From: Euglena gracilis
Taxonomy: Eukaryota
NCBI GenBank assembly: GCA_039621445.1
Contig: CP154954.1
Coordinates: 37,867,703-37,931,702, forward strand
Direction: 5' to 3'
DNA: 64,000 nucleotides
The translations under genes and the position numbers were made by a program. The notes under the pieces are model-generated. The model was not told the origin of the DNA. It did not search any database and saw nothing but the letters and a program-made list of their open reading frames with translations. Of the stretch, positions 11,905 through 25,256 are shown in pieces. The first letter of the stretch is position 1. Every line of letters begins with the position of its first letter.

Positions 11905-12567
11905 GCACCTAGAGCTGACATGGCCCAAACTGGCCTAACATGGCCTGAAATGAGAATTTTTTTCCGCAAGAAGTAATTTTTTTGTGAACGTTGGACGATG
12001 GTGGAGGAGCACAGCAAGGCCACCTTTGCCTGTCGGTATGCATTGTTTTCCCCCCACAGTTCCTGTTTTCTGTGAAAATTTTTATTAAACCCAAACGATG
12101 TGTCCAATGCTTTTGGATGTGCGAGTTTGTTTCAGATTTATTGCATTTAGGTTCGTGCTGTTGTGTATTTTTCCAAAACAATCCAGCAGCTTCATCAAAA
12201 TAATAATCAAAAGTAAAGAAGGCTATCCTCGAACGCTTGCATTTGCTTACCGCAACAAAGGACTGTTGGGCCTCTCTTCTGGATAAGCACACAGGTCGCT
12301 GTTGTTTTATATTGTTTGCTTTGCTGTTCTTGTTGCAATATTTGCAAAAAAAATCGGCCATCAGCTTGGTCCAGCCATTTCCCATTGCAGTTATTCAGGG
12401 TGAAGAAAGTGCGAAGGTAATTGAAGGGCTCTGAACGAGGGTGTGCAGTGTGTTTTCTTGAATGGAGATCCAAAGTTATGGTCTAAATAATTCTTTTTCG
12501 AAGTTATGGTCCCCCACCTACAGGCCAAAATGGCTTAAAATGGAGGAATTTCGGGGCTTGACTATAG

Positions 12568-12691
12568 GTGCCTGGTGGTGGTGGTGGGGTAGGTGCTGAC
12601 GGCGAGAGCTCTGGTACGGCAGCGGGCGGAGCCGGCACTGCTCAGCGGAACAGCGCAGAGGGCGGCACATCGCAGCTGAGCAAGGGCAGCG
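12568..12691 (+). CDS. Putative exon (VPGGGGGVGADGESSGTAAGGAGTAQRNSAEGGTSQLSKGS)
   Basis: tatag acceptor (alternative start at 12593), G|gtacgc donor, CpG-rich, phase-consistent with neighbouring exons. Confidence 0.5.
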
Positions 12692-13339
12692 GTACGCATA
12701 TGTGCAGTGTCATTTACTGCGCCCAGGGTTTCCCAGTGACACGAATAATCGCGAACCAGCACGATTAAGTGAGTCCCGGGGTCCTTAAGCAAATGCCTCA
12801 AAGGGAAAAACAAAAAACCCAAAGAAAGGGGGTGACACTTACTCTCCTTTTTGCCCTCTGCGCTCGGAAACCCTCTCTGCAAGCTGTATGGCATCCCCAA
12901 AACCCATGGGTGGTGGGTGGGATCAACCCTCCCCAGTCCTTCCATCACATCCTCTCCGCCATCTCCTGTGACCTTGGCCTCTGCGGAGGCTCCGCGGAGG
13001 CTGGGTACCTGCGGAGGCAACCAGTTTTGTATGCGGGCCACATCTGGAAAAAAAATAAATAATGTTTTATGGGTTGACCACCACCCCCCCCCCCCCCCCC
13101 CCACAGGCCTCCCCCCTCCCCACCCCCCTCCCCTCTCCCCCCCTCTCCCCCCCCCCTACAGCCCAACCCCCCTGCCCCACCCCGCTCCCCAATGGCAGAA
13201 TCTTTTTTTGTGTGGACAAAGTTTGATGGACATGACGTAAATGGCAAACAGGTAAACGGTAAACAGGCGGACATGCTGTTTTTGTGGCAAACGGATAATG
13301 GTTTTCAACAAGTTTGGCGGGCATGGCATTAATAGCAAA

Positions 13340-14334
13340 GGGTTGAACAGTGCTCCACATCAGGCGGACATGGTGTTTTTGTGGCAAATGGCAAATGGCG
13401 TTTTTATGGAAGCATGTGAGATGGAAAAAAAATGTTTTGTTTTTTTGTGGGGATGCGGGCAGTGGCGGGGTGAAAACAAAATTTGAATTTTTAGGGGATA
13501 CAAGGACAAAAAAAAATGGAAAAAATCGTGGTTTTTTTCGGTGGGGTAGGGGGTGGGGCAGAAACCCGCCAAAATGTTTTTGTTCAATTTCTTTTCTTGC
13601 GGAGAGTTGGGGGTGCAAAGATTAAAAATACAATTCCTCTCGTTCTGGGCGTTAGTGTGGGGGCCCTGGGGAGGGTGAGCCCCCCCCAGGCATTTCACGT
13701 GACAAATCTGCGATCAGTTCTTGGTTCACACCATGCTCTGGCAAAATTGGTTGGGACGGGAATGGTGGGTGGGTCCGGCTGAGCAGAGTACACCCCCCGG
13801 GGAGGGCATACTTTTTGGTGCCAAAGGGACAAACTTTTCTGAAAAGGCGTGCTTTTTAGCATTTTTCGCGATTTTTGGCCACTTTCAAGGGAAAGTGAGG
13901 GGGTCCCCGGGACCCCCCGGGGGGGCCTCCCCAAGGGGTGGGGGGGTGAGCCTGAGCCCCTTCCCCCAGCTCAGGCTCCGCAGAAGCAAGCCAAAAGTTA
14001 GGATTCTATTTGCGCGGTGGACGCATGTGGTTGTCCCTCCCCACCTCCCTCGGCATTCAGGTCCGGTCCACCAATGCAGCGCCGTCGCGCCGCCTGTTGC
14101 CAGCCCAACGCCCACCTCCCCCCACCAACCCAGCGCCCCCTGCCACCAGAAAGCAACTCGCGGTTGATGTTGATTTTTTTTGTGAGCTGTACGAGTTTTT
14201 GGTGGCCATGCAATGCACTGCAGGCAGAAAGCTGAGCATTTTTTTTTTGAGAACGCTTGTGCACATGCACATACGCACACATACAAACACATGTACACAC
14301 AACCACACATACACGCTTCCGCACGCCCACACCC

Positions 14335-14365
<31 letters not shown>

Positions 14366-17065
14366 TACACACACATACACACACATGCACACATACTCAC
14401 ATGCACACATGCACACGCGCAGCAAAGGTGGGTGGAACGCACATCTCATGCAGAGGGGACAACGTAGTTTGTGGTGGTTTTGGTTTTCCTGGTTGGGTTT
14501 GTGTGAGCAGGGGGCACTGAAGGGAGGCAGCGGCGGCCAGTCGGCGCAGGAGCGGGGGCAAGCGAAGGAGCGGGGGTGCTCAGACCATCTTTTTAACGGT
14601 CATCTCCTCGGGGAGGTGTATTTTGTGCGTTTTTTTAGAATTTTTTCCGAAAAATTCGAAATTTTGGAGAATTTCTGAAGCCTGGTTCTTACCCACATTT
14701 TGGCAAAGTGAGTGCCCCCCCCCCCCCCCCCCAGTGCTCACCCATCTTTTCCGTCAATTAGACAGGGGGTTTAACCGGCCAAGGTCATTGCTGAAAAAAA
14801 AATAATGTTTCCCCCCCCAAGACCAAAGAGGGGATTGCAGCCAGCCCATAGGCCACGCCAATGGGCATATGATGCCATTGCCAGGCACAATCCCACGCCA
14901 CGCCAAGCTGGAAAGCCAGCGTGGGCGACAGAGGGTTGAAAGTCCGTGTTGAGTTTGGTTCCTCCTCCTTGTCTGCTTGGTCTTCACACTTGCCTTGCCA
15001 CCTTGGGTCCTTTGCAACCTTGCCACGCTGCAACCTTTCAACGCTTGCATTGGGCCTCTTTGATTGGCCCTGTTTCTGCTATGCTCCCGTTTTGTGCCGC
15101 TTTCAATTGCCTTTCCAACCGTGTGGTTGGCCTCCCTCTACCATGCCGTTGTTGGCATTTGCCTGCCCTTCAACCAGTTCCTCTTGCCACCCCTTGCCAT
15201 TTGCCACCTTGGGCCCAGCCAGCAATGGGTGAGTGCAAGAATGAATAATGATAATGAGGAAGGGAACAATAAGGGTAAGCAGCGGGGGGTTAGCCAATTC
15301 GGTGGTTTGCCCTGGCATATGTTGTCTGTTTGATCCGACTGACTGACGCTTGGATTGCCTGCTGACAAAATGTTTTGGGGGGTGGCATTGGGCCAGGGCT
15401 GCAATCCCGGCTGCACCCACAGATGTTTGCTGAAGAAAAGTAGTTGTTCAAAGGGCAGAGCATCCCCCAGGCCGTATTTTAGTCGGGTGCCCCACCCCAC
15501 CCGGGGGGGGGGGTGCCTGCCATAGCGCCGGCCATAAACAGACAAGAAGCCTTAGTGCAACTAAGGGGGGGTGCCTGCCTGGAGGCACTCCCAATCCCAC
15601 CCCCCCCCCCGGAGGGGGGCTGGGGCACTTGGCCAAAATTGCCCTAGCACAGACCCGGCCAAAGGCGCTGGGGAGCCAAAAATGGTCTTTTTTCAAAGGA
15701 ATGTGCCTGGGCACAGGCCAAAATCCGACTCCCCCCTGGGAGGGGGTTGTGCCTGCCTGGGCAGGCACTCAAAGGCACTCCGGACCCCCCCTCCCCACGG
15801 GGTCGGTAAGAAACAACCTTGCGCCCCTGGCGTTGATGAGGGCAGCCGGAGGCGGGCAGCGGCGGCCGCATATCGCAAGCTGATGGCAGCCCAGAGGTGC
15901 GTGCGTGCGTGGGGCACATGTCTCTCAAAACTTCAGACCAGGGTTTGATGCACGGTGCAATGGCTTCGGTTTTGCCGAAACGCCCGCTGCAGGGCCGACT
16001 GCATGGGGGATACCCCATGCAGTGGGGTGAAGCATACCCATCACCCCACCCACCTGCCACCCCAGAGGGCCCCATGAAGCGTCAAAATTTTCTTTCCGGC
16101 ACTCTGCACCGAAACTTTTTTTGGCAATTTTCGGAAAAATTTGCCCCAAAATGTGCCCCAAATAATGTGTTGGGTCGATTTGGGGTGACATCCCCCCATC
16201 CCTTCTCGCCAGGCAAAGGATCAGTCTGTTTGGCCACCCCATTGTTCAGGTTGGTTGTTGATGATGATTTTGCCCCGGGTGTTTGCGAATGGGGGGGGGG
16301 AAACGGTGGGAATACTGTGAAAGAGTTGGTGTCCGTCTCCAAACGGTTTTACACCAGGGGGTGGGGGCAGCTTCAGGACTGCTGGGATCAGCTTTCCTTC
16401 CATTCCTTCTCACCTTCAGACGGACTTTCTGGGTTGTGCTGCCTCCCTTTCAGGGAATTCTGCTTTTTTACATATATTTTTTAAACTTTTTCAAGGGAGT
16501 TTCAACAGAGCTGGGTTGGGAAATGGAATTTTCCTGCTAGCAAACCAGACCTGTACACCTCCTCTGGGTTGTGCTTGGGAAATCGTCTCGAGTCCATTTG
16601 CTTGTTTATTTGGGGCATCCGCTCCCTTGGTGAAATCAGTTGCTTTCCTGAAGGAAATGAATCGATGAAAGAAGGCCGAGAAAGCGCTGCCAAAAGACAA
16701 GGTTGTTTTTGCAAAGTACAAATTTGGGTCCACCCACACACCAAAAGGACACAACGCAAACTTCTGGGGCAGGGGGGTCCGCCCATTTTGATCCGCAACC
16801 CAGCCACTTAGGGGGGTGATGAGTCATCAGGCAAAAATCTTCAGAAGTAGTTTTTTTAAGTCGTTTTTCTATGAAGGTTTTTATGAGGGTTTTTTAAGGC
16901 ATTATCAAATTTTAAAGAATTTTTTAAGGCGTCTATTTTTCATGAGCGGTCAAAGAGCCGAGTTTTGTGTGGCTGTACAATGTTCCAGCGATGCCAAAAA
17001 GCATTTTGTCCCCCGCAGTTGACCCGTTTTTGCCGAGTTTTTGCGATTTCTTTTTTTGCTCAAAA
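13340..17065 (+). repeat. Duplicated block Y, copy 1
   Basis: Colinear, high-identity match to about 20150-23590 (for example 14580-15460 vs 21420-22285), with some non-matching internal inserts. Confidence 0.9.
15468..15820. mobile_element. hAT-type MITE, family C
   Basis: CAGGCCGTATTTTAGTCGGGTGCC...AAGAAACAACCTT; flanks GCATCCCC/GCGCCCCT. The paralog at about 22290-22372 is internally deleted. Confidence 0.75.
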
Positions 17066-17235
17066 TTCGGAGAAGTTTTCCCCAGCCAATTTTTTTCAGG
17101 TTTCTGAGGTTTTTGAAGGCCGCTTCATCATTCAGACGGGCCCAACAATTCTCCCCCCGTTCTTGCTTCCACGCCCCAGAGAGCCTTTGCCCCCCAGCGC
17201 TCCCCCCCCCCTCTCTCTCTCTCGGTGGTGTGCAG

Positions 17236-17322
17236 GGCGAGGACGTCCCTGGGGACCAGACTTGGCCGCCGCCGGAGCACTGGGCCAGCGCGGCGGGGAA
17301 GGCGGCCAGCTCCGCTGTGGCG
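17236..17322 (+). CDS. Putative 87-nt symmetric exon
   Basis: (ct)n..gtgcag acceptor, G|gtctgc donor, CpG-rich; open in phase 1 and in phase 0. An inverted paralog lies at 42629-42691. Confidence 0.35.
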
Positions 17323-18164
17323 GTCTGCCTGCCCCCCCCCCCCCCTGTTGGCGTGAATGGTTTCGCGCCCCAGCCCACCACCGGCCCACGACCAGCCCCC
17401 ACTGCCCCAGTGCTCCCCCGGATGCACGTGGGTTCATTGGGCCGAGCGCTCGATTAGGTAATTTGGTGCCCCACAAACGATCTGGACGGCTGCCAGCCGA
17501 CCGGACCCCCCCCCCCCCGGACCCCCAAGGGGGGTCCAGCCAAGCGGCCTTCACTTTTTCCAGCCAGAGCTCCCAACCGGTCTGTGGACCCACCCCAGGG
17601 TCCGATGATACAATCCATTGGGGGGCCAGGGGAGAATTCCAAGGCGGAAATTCTCAAACGTTTTTTAGGTTGTTCAGGCTGCTTGTTTTTAAACGGTTTT
17701 GACCATTTTGAAAAAGGTTCTATTTTCAAAGGGCGGTCCAAACGCCATCGAACCAGGTTTAAAAACAAAAAAGTTGAAGATTCCCCATTGTTTCGGCTTT
17801 TGCTTGTGGAGAGGCAACGTTCCAGCAATGCCAGGGAGTCTTTTCCCCCCAGGAGTTGGCTTGTTTGTGTTCTTTTTTTTGCCGAGATTTTGTCGCAGCA
17901 TTCTTGCTCAGTCAGAGGAAATTTTTTCCAGAATGCATTTTTAAAGGTTTTTTAATGACTTTCTGATGTGTTTTAAGGCATTTAAGAAATGTGGTTCATC
18001 ATTGAAAGCTTTTTTTATCATTTTCTGAAGACATTTTGGCTAAACATCTTTTTAAAAGGGGGTTTCAAAGTTTTCCAAATGATCATGAGAAGGGAAGTTG
18101 CATGGCTTGGAGGCTAAACTTTTCCTGTTGGGGCTGGGTGTGACCAGTTTCTTTTGAAGGTGAC

Positions 18165-21100
18165 CAGCAGCAACGCTGCATTTTCCCCAGAATTTTGTCC
18201 CTCCCCACACCCCTCGGCGTTCAGGTCCTCTCCAAGAACAAAAAGGAGGAAAACGAAGGAAAAAGAGGAAGGAAGAAGAAGGAAGAAGATGACATAAGGA
18301 AGAAGGTGACGAAACGAGAAGGAAGAAGAAAAAGGAAAAGGAAGAAGGAAGAAGAAGAAGAAGGAAGCAGATGATGTAATAAGAAGAGGAAGATGAAGGA
18401 GGAGGAGGAAGAAGGCAGAAAGAAGAAGTTGAAGGAAGAAGGTATGATTGAAGAAGAAGGAAGAAGAAGGAAGAAAATAGGATGAGGAAGGAAGCCATTG
18501 CCAGCCCAACACCCACCTCCCCCCAGCCAGTGCCCCGTGGTACCACACAACAGCTTGTGGTTGACGTTTTTTTTTTTGTGAATTGAACGCGTTGTTGTTT
18601 CCCCCAGGTGGACTTTCATTACAGGAACAAAGCAGAACATTTTTTTTGAGGATATTTGCGCACACGCAAACGTGCACACACGCACGCGCGCACGCATATG
18701 CACTTTCAGCAAGGTGCGTGGAACACACACCACAGGCAGCACGGACAAGTTTGTGGTGGAGTTTGTGCTTTTGGTGTGTTTGTGTGAGCAGGGGGCACTG
18801 AAGGGAGGCAGCGGCGGCCAGGCGGCGCAGGAGCGGGGGCAAGTGAAGGAGCGGGGGCGGGCTGCGCTCTTCCCCCACCTCCACGTCCATCTGCCCACCG
18901 TTCCGCTCGCTGTCAGGTGTGTGCTGCTGCATCAATGGGAAGGGGGGGCTGGGCTGTGTGCAAGTGTGCGCGTTCCGCTTCAGCAGAAAGAAACCGACAA
19001 CAGTGTCGAGGAAAAAAACATCTAGCGGATTGCCTGGTTGCCCGGTTCTCAAATCAGGAATGCTGCGCCCCGCATAATCTCATGCTGGCTTTTTGGATAA
19101 TATTTTTGTCATTATTGGAGAGCTCCAGTGCTAGTTGCTTCCTGGAGCTTTGCACCGGAACACTTTTGTTTTTGTCATCTGCTTTTGTCAATTTGGTGAA
19201 AATCCTCCTGAAAATGCAACGTTGGGAGCTTTCCGAAGCCACCCAAAAGATTTTCTGATCCAGGCTTGTGCTTAGTTGGGTGGCTACCCCACGGGGGGGG
19301 GGGGCGCTAGGGGCAGGCACCCCACCCATCCAACCCCCCTGGGGGGGGGTCGGGGTTTTGGGGGTGCCTGCCCATAGCAGGCACCTCCCGGCGACGAAGG
19401 CGCCGGGGGCCCGGAAGAGGCCATTTTCAATGAAAATTTTCTGGGTCCCCCTACAAGCCCCCGGGGGATGTGTGTAGCACCCACCCCCCCCCCCGGTCGG
19501 TAAGCACAAGCCTGTTCTGATCTGCTTTGGGCAGGTTTTTTTCCCCCACCGGGGCTGTTGATCCCCCGTCCCCCCACCCGGGGGCAGGGGGAGTGGGGTG
19601 GACCTGGTGGCTGCCCCCTGAAAACTTTGTCACAGGGTGGACAAAAATTAGGTTGGACAAGAAATTTTGCAATATTCACAAATTTTACCGTACTTATTCC
19701 TTGTCATAAAGTTCAACCAATGCCGGTTTCAACATTTAGCACCTGCGTGACCCCCCCCCCCTGCCACCAGTTGGTGACTGGGTGGTTGACCCCACCGCGG
19801 GGATGGGGTGCATTATGGGACAGGTTTTTTGCCCAGCCGGGCCGGAAATTTTTCCAGTGTTTTTCTCCATTTTTGACTTATTTGTTGGTGGGGTGGACAA
19901 AAAAAAAAATGTGCCCCCCCCCAGGTGTCACTGAGTGAATGCATGCTTCCGAAGCCTCAGCTTAAAATGACAAAAAAAAATGGCTGGAAATGGTCTAAAG
20001 TGCTGAAAATGGCAAAAATAAAGACAACCATAAACGTTGGCAAATATTGGCGTTTGGTGGTTTTTTTGAGGTAAAGTGGCCAGAATCTGTTCAATTTCCT
20101 CAGCGAAAAGCACGAGCAAAAAAAAACAAGTTTGACACATTGCAAAAAAAGTCTGCACCACATCAGGAGGACATGGTGTTTTTGTGGCAAACGGGGGGCA
20201 TGTGGGAGGGAGAAAATGTTTTGTTTTTTTTGTGGGGATGTGGGCGGTGTTGGAGTGAAAACAAAATTTGAATTTTTAGGGGATACAAGAGCAAAAAATG
20301 AAAAAAATGTCTTTTTTTTGGTGGGGTTGGGGTGGGCAGAACCCCCCAAAATGTTTTTGTTTTGGTCTGTTTTTTTTTTTTGCGGAGGGTTGTGGGTGCA
20401 AGAATTAAAACTAAAAATTCCCCTCTTTCTGGGTGTTAGTGTGGGGGCCGTGGGGAGGGTGTGCCCCCCCAGGCATTTCACGTGACAAATCTGCGTTCAG
20501 TTCTTTGTTCACAACATGCTCTGGCAAAATTGCTCACCTGAGCCTCCGCACAGGCTGGATATTTTAGGTTCAGGGCTTTTTCCATCTTGGACCCCAGGGG
20601 GTGTCCAGCTGAGCAAAGTTTTACAAGTACATTTTCCTTTTCGGTGCCAAAGGGTCGAAAATTTTTGGAAAAGTTGCTATTTTCAGCATTTTTAGCGATT
20701 TTTTGGCCATTTTCGGGGAAAAGTGAGAGGGTCCCCCCCCCCGGAACACTGGAAACCCCCCAGAGGGTGGGTGGGGGGACCCCCCGGTTCTTTTTAAAAA
20801 AAACCCGCTCAGGCTCCGCGGAGGCTGGTAACCCTGGGCTCTGCGGAGGCTACCAAAAAAGTCAGGATTCTGCTTGCGCGGTAAACCCCTGTGGTTGTCC
20901 CTCCCCACCCCCCTCGGCATTCAGGTCCTGTCCACCATGCAGCGCCGCCGCGCCGCCCATTGCCAGCCCAACGCCCACCTCCCCCCGCCAACCCAGCGCC
21001 CCCTGCCACCAGAAAGCAACTCGCGGTTGACGTCGTTTTTTTTTTGTGAGCTGTACGTGTTTTTGGTGGCCATGCAATGCACTGCAGGCAGAAAGCTGAG

Positions 21101-23590
21101 CATTTTTTTCGAGAACGCTTATCCACATGCACACACATACGCACACATACAAACACACATACACGCTTCCGCACGCCCACGCCCACACACATACACACAC
21201 ATACACACACACACACACATGCACACATACTCACATGCACACATGCACACATGCACATGCACAGCAAAGGTGGGTGGAACGCACATCTCATGCAGAGGGG
21301 ACAACGTAGTTTGTGGTGGTTTTGGTTTCCTGGTTGGGTTTGTGTGAGCAGGGGGCACTGAAGGGAGGCAGCGGCGGCCAGGCGGCGCAGGAGCTGGACC
21401 AAGCGAAGGAGCGGGGGTGCTCAGACCATCTTTTTAACGGTCATCTCCTCGGGGAGGTGTATTTTGTGCGTTTTTTTTAGAATTTTTTCCGAAAAATTCG
21501 AAATTTTGGAGAATTTCTGAAGCCTGGTTCTTACCCACATTTTGGCAAAGTGAGTACCCCCCCCAGTGCTCACCCATCTTTTCCGTCAATTAGACAGGGG
21601 GTTTAACCGGCCAAGGGCATTGCTGGAAAAAAATAATGCTTCCCCCCCAAGGCCAAGAGGGGATTGCAGCCAGCCCATGGGCCACGCCAATGGGCATATG
21701 ATGCCATTGCCAGGCACAATCCCACGCCACGCCAAGCTGGAAAGCCAGCGTGGGCGACGGAGGGTTGAAAGTCCGTGTTGAGTTTGGTTCCTCCTCCTTG
21801 TCTGCTTGGTCTTCACACTTGCCTTGCCACCTTGGGTCCTTTGCAACCTTGCCACGCTGCAACCTTTCAACGCTTGCATTGGGCCTCTTTGATTGGCCCT
21901 CTTTCTGCTATGCTCCCATTTCGTGCCGCTTTCAATTGCCTTTCCAACCGTGTGGTTGGCCTCCCTCTACCATGCCGTTAATGGCATTTGCCTGCCCTTC
22001 AACCCGCTTCCTCTTGCCACCTCTTGCCACCCCCTGCCATTTGCCACCTTGGGCCCAGCCAGCAATGGGTGAGTGCAAGAATGAATAATGATAATGAGGA
22101 AGGGAACAATGAGGGTAAGCAGCGGGGGGTTAGCCCTGGCATATGTTGTCTGTTTGATCCGACTGACTGACGCTTGGATTGCCTGCTGACAAAATGTTTG
22201 GGGGGTGGCATTGGGCCAGGGCTGCAATCCCGGCTGCACCCACAGATGTTTGCTGAAGGAAAGTTGTTGTTTAAAGGGCAGAGCACCCCCCGGAGGGTAA
22301 TGCCTGCCTGGGCAGGCACTCAAAGGCACTCCGGACCCCCCCCCCCCCACGGGGTCGGTAAGAAACAACCTGGCGCCCCCGGCGTTGATGACGGCAGCCG
22401 GAGGCGGGCAGCGGCGGCCGCATATCGCAAGCTGATGGCAGCCCAGAGGTGCGTGCGTGCGTGGGCCCATGTCTGTCAAAATCTCAGACCAGGGTTTGAT
22501 GTAGGGTGTCATGGCTTCGGTTTTGCCGTTACCCCCGACCGCAGGGGGGATGCCAATGACCCCACCCACCTGCCAAGGGAAGGTGTCCAGACCGACCCCA
22601 GAGGGGCCCCCAGAGCGTCGAGATTTTCTTTTCCGGCGCCCTGCACGCAAACTTTTTTAGGCATTTTTCGGCAAAATGTGCCCCGAAATGTGCCCCAAAT
22701 AATGTTTTGGGTTGATTTGGGGTGACATTCCCCCATCCCTTCTCGCCTGGCCAAAAGTCAGTCTGTTTGGCCACCCCATTGTTCAGGTTGGTTGTTGATG
22801 ATGATTTTGCCCCGGGTGCTTGCGAATGGGGGGAATGGTGGAAATCCTGTGAAAGAGTTGTATATCGTCTCCAAACGGTTTTACACCAGGGGGTGGGGGC
22901 AGCTTCAGAACTGCTTGGATCAGCTTTCCTTCCATTCCTTTTCACTGCAGACGGATTTTCTGGGTTGTGCTGCCTTCCTTTCAGGAAATTATGCTTTTTT
23001 GCATATATTTTTTGAAACTTTTTCAAGGGAGTTGCAACTGACCTGGGTTGGGAAATGGAATTCTCCTGTCTGGCAAACCAGACTCTTCTGGGTTGTGCCT
23101 GGGAAATCATCTTGAGTCCATTGTTTATCGGGGCATCCGCTCCCTTGGTGAAATCAGTTGCTTTCCTGAAAGAAATGAATTGATGAAACACTCCAAAAGG
23201 ACACAACGCAAACTTCTGGGGCAGAGGTCGACATAAAGGCAAGGTTGGGGGGTCCGCCCATTTTGATCCGCAACCCAGCCACTTAGGGGGTGACGAGCCA
23301 TTAGGCAAAAATCTTCAGAAGTACTTTTTTTATGTCCTTTTTTTTGAAGGTTTTTTTGAGGGTTTTTTAAGGCATTAACAAAATTTGAAGAATTTTTTAA
23401 GGCGTCTATTTTTCATGAGTGGTCAAAGTGCTTTTCGGACATCGAACCAACGTCGGTCCAAATTGAGAATCTTTTTTTTTGAGCTTTGAGTGGCTGGACA
23501 ATGTTCAAGCGATGCCAGAAATCTCATTTTTTCCTGCAGTTGACCTGTTTTTGCTGAGTTTTTGCGATTTCTTTTTTTGCTCAGAATACA
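18165..23590 (+). repeat. Composite of block X (18165-20150) and block Y copy 2 (20150-23590)
   Basis: Direct matches to 8165-9760 and 13340-17065. Confidence 0.88.
19261..19514. mobile_element. hAT-type MITE, family D
   Basis: TIR CAGGCTTGTGCTTA...TAAGCACAAGCCTG; perfect TSD TTCTGATC; empty site in the paralog at about 9285-9295. Confidence 0.93.
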
Positions 23591-23652
23591 AAAATTTTCC
23601 CGGGCCATTTTTTTTCGGTGTTTTCGGTTTGCGGGGGGGGGGGGGGGTCCAG

Positions 23653-24026
23653 CAGGGTTCGATATACGGAGGGCGTACATGGTTTAGGTGGGGGGGTGTC
23701 CCCCCCCCCCCCCCTCCTGGCCGGGGGGGGGGGGTCCGGACCACCCCCCCCCCCCACCTGCAAGGGGGGGTCCCCGGGACCCCCCCCAAAAAGGGTCAAT
23801 TTTTTCCTCCGGCGCTTCGCACCGAAATTTTTTTTCATTTTTGGTCAATTTTTGCCCAAAAAGTGCCCAAAGTGGCACTTTTGGTCGTTTTGGGGGGTCA
23901 AAATTTTTCGGTCACCCTGACCGCGCCACTGTTTAGGTGGGGGGTGTCCCCCCCACCCCCCCCCCCTCCTGGCCCGCAGGGGGGGTCCGGACCACCCCCC
24001 CCCCTCCTCTCCTTTTTCGAACCCTG
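23653..24026. mobile_element. hAT-type MITE, family A
   Basis: TIR CAGGGTTCGA...TCGAACCCTG; perfect TSD GGGTCCAG; empty paralogous site at about 26065. Confidence 0.92.
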
Positions 24027-24190
24027 GGGTCCAGCCAATGTGCCTGCATTTTTTCCAGCCAGGAGCTCCCAGCCGGGCTGTGGACCCACCCTCAGGGTCC
24101 GCTGGGGAACACCCCGCTGTGGACCAGCCCGGCAAAGACCGAGAAAAAAAGCCCTCGCATTCTCTCCCTCATCCGTCCCCCCATTCTCAG

Positions 24191-24340
24191 GTGATAGGAC
24201 ATTGACCTGCAAGGAGCTGTGCCTGGCCCTGGGGGGCCACAGTTGCATTCCCTCAAGCCCCCTGGGAATTGGGAAGGTCCTCCAGGTGTTCCCCAACAAG
24301 AAGGCGCAGTATTTGCAGCCGAAGGACGGTTGTCTGGAAG
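24191..24340 (+). CDS. Putative 150-nt exon (GDRTLTCKELCLALGGHSCIPSSPLGIGKVLQVFPNKKAQYLQPKDGCLE)
   Basis: Pyrimidine tract ending in ttctcag as acceptor, GAAG|gtgtgg donor, phase 1-1, coding-like composition. Confidence 0.55.
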
Positions 24341-24459
24341 GTGTGGCAATGTTGCCGTCTTTGGAGTGGTTGTGTTCTAAAATGAGTTTCTTTTTTGAAG
24401 GGTGATGTAACCCCCCCATTTATAATCCCCTCATTAACCCCCCTGTTTTTGACCCCAAC

Positions 24460-24703
24460 CAGGGGTTTTTTTTTTAAGCCTTGTGGACCCCTGGGGGGGG
24501 GGGAGGGTGGGTGGGTTTGGCCGAGCCTCCCCCCCCCCCTCACCCGGGGTGGGGGGGGTGGGATATATGTTTCGGTGCCGAAAGTTTTTGAAAAAGGTGC
24601 CATTCTTAGCATTTTTCGCGATTTTTTGGCCATTTTTGGGGGAAAAGTGGGTGGGATCCCCCCTCCCCCACTCCCGGTCTTTTTTTTTAAAAAAAAACCC
24701 CTG
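24460..24703. mobile_element. hAT-type MITE, family B-related
   Basis: CAGGGGTTTTTT...AAAAACCCCTG; TSD ACCCCAAC/CCCCCAAC. Confidence 0.8.
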
Positions 24704-24719
24704 CCCCCAACCCCCAAAT

Positions 24720-25030
24720 TGTGATTTATGACTCCCCCGAAGGCAAAAAAATGCTGAGGAATCAAAAGGCAAAAATGTGCCAAAATTGTTGTGCTGAAAA
24801 AAAAAACAGGTGTGGGGTAGCCTGGCACTGAGGGGTTTTGGCAAAATCCCGTGAAATTGCCCAAAATATTTTGTTTTACCCCTCTGGTGCGCAAGTCAGG
24901 GGTATTTTTTGGGACGGTTTTTTGGGCCACACACCAAACGTCGACTTATAACCCCCCCCCCCCGCTTTGGACCGATGAAGAAAGTTAGTGGGGGTGCCAG
25001 AATTCCAAAAATGTCCAAAACAGCGGTCGT
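24720..25030 (+). repeat. Dispersed repeat, also at about 28960-29200 and 29520-29800
   Basis: Shared AAAAATGCTGAGGAATCAAAAGGC...GAGGGGTTTTGGCAAAA...TTTTGTTTTACCCC (the copy at 28960 is partial). Confidence 0.75.
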
Positions 25031-25256
25031 AGTATTTTTTTTTATTTTTGTTTGACGTGTGTTTGCCCCCCTCCCCCATCCGGCATTCTTGTGTTTCCGG
25101 AGGCGCTGATTTTGGGCCAAGCTTTTGTTTTGGCGCGGACGGAATTTTTTTTGTGTGGTGGGGTCGGGTCGTATCCCTCCCCTCAGAAGGCTTTCCCTTA
25201 CAGCCCTGGGTTGGTTTGAGTCGGGGTCTGGGGCCGAGACCCCCCACCCCCTGGGT

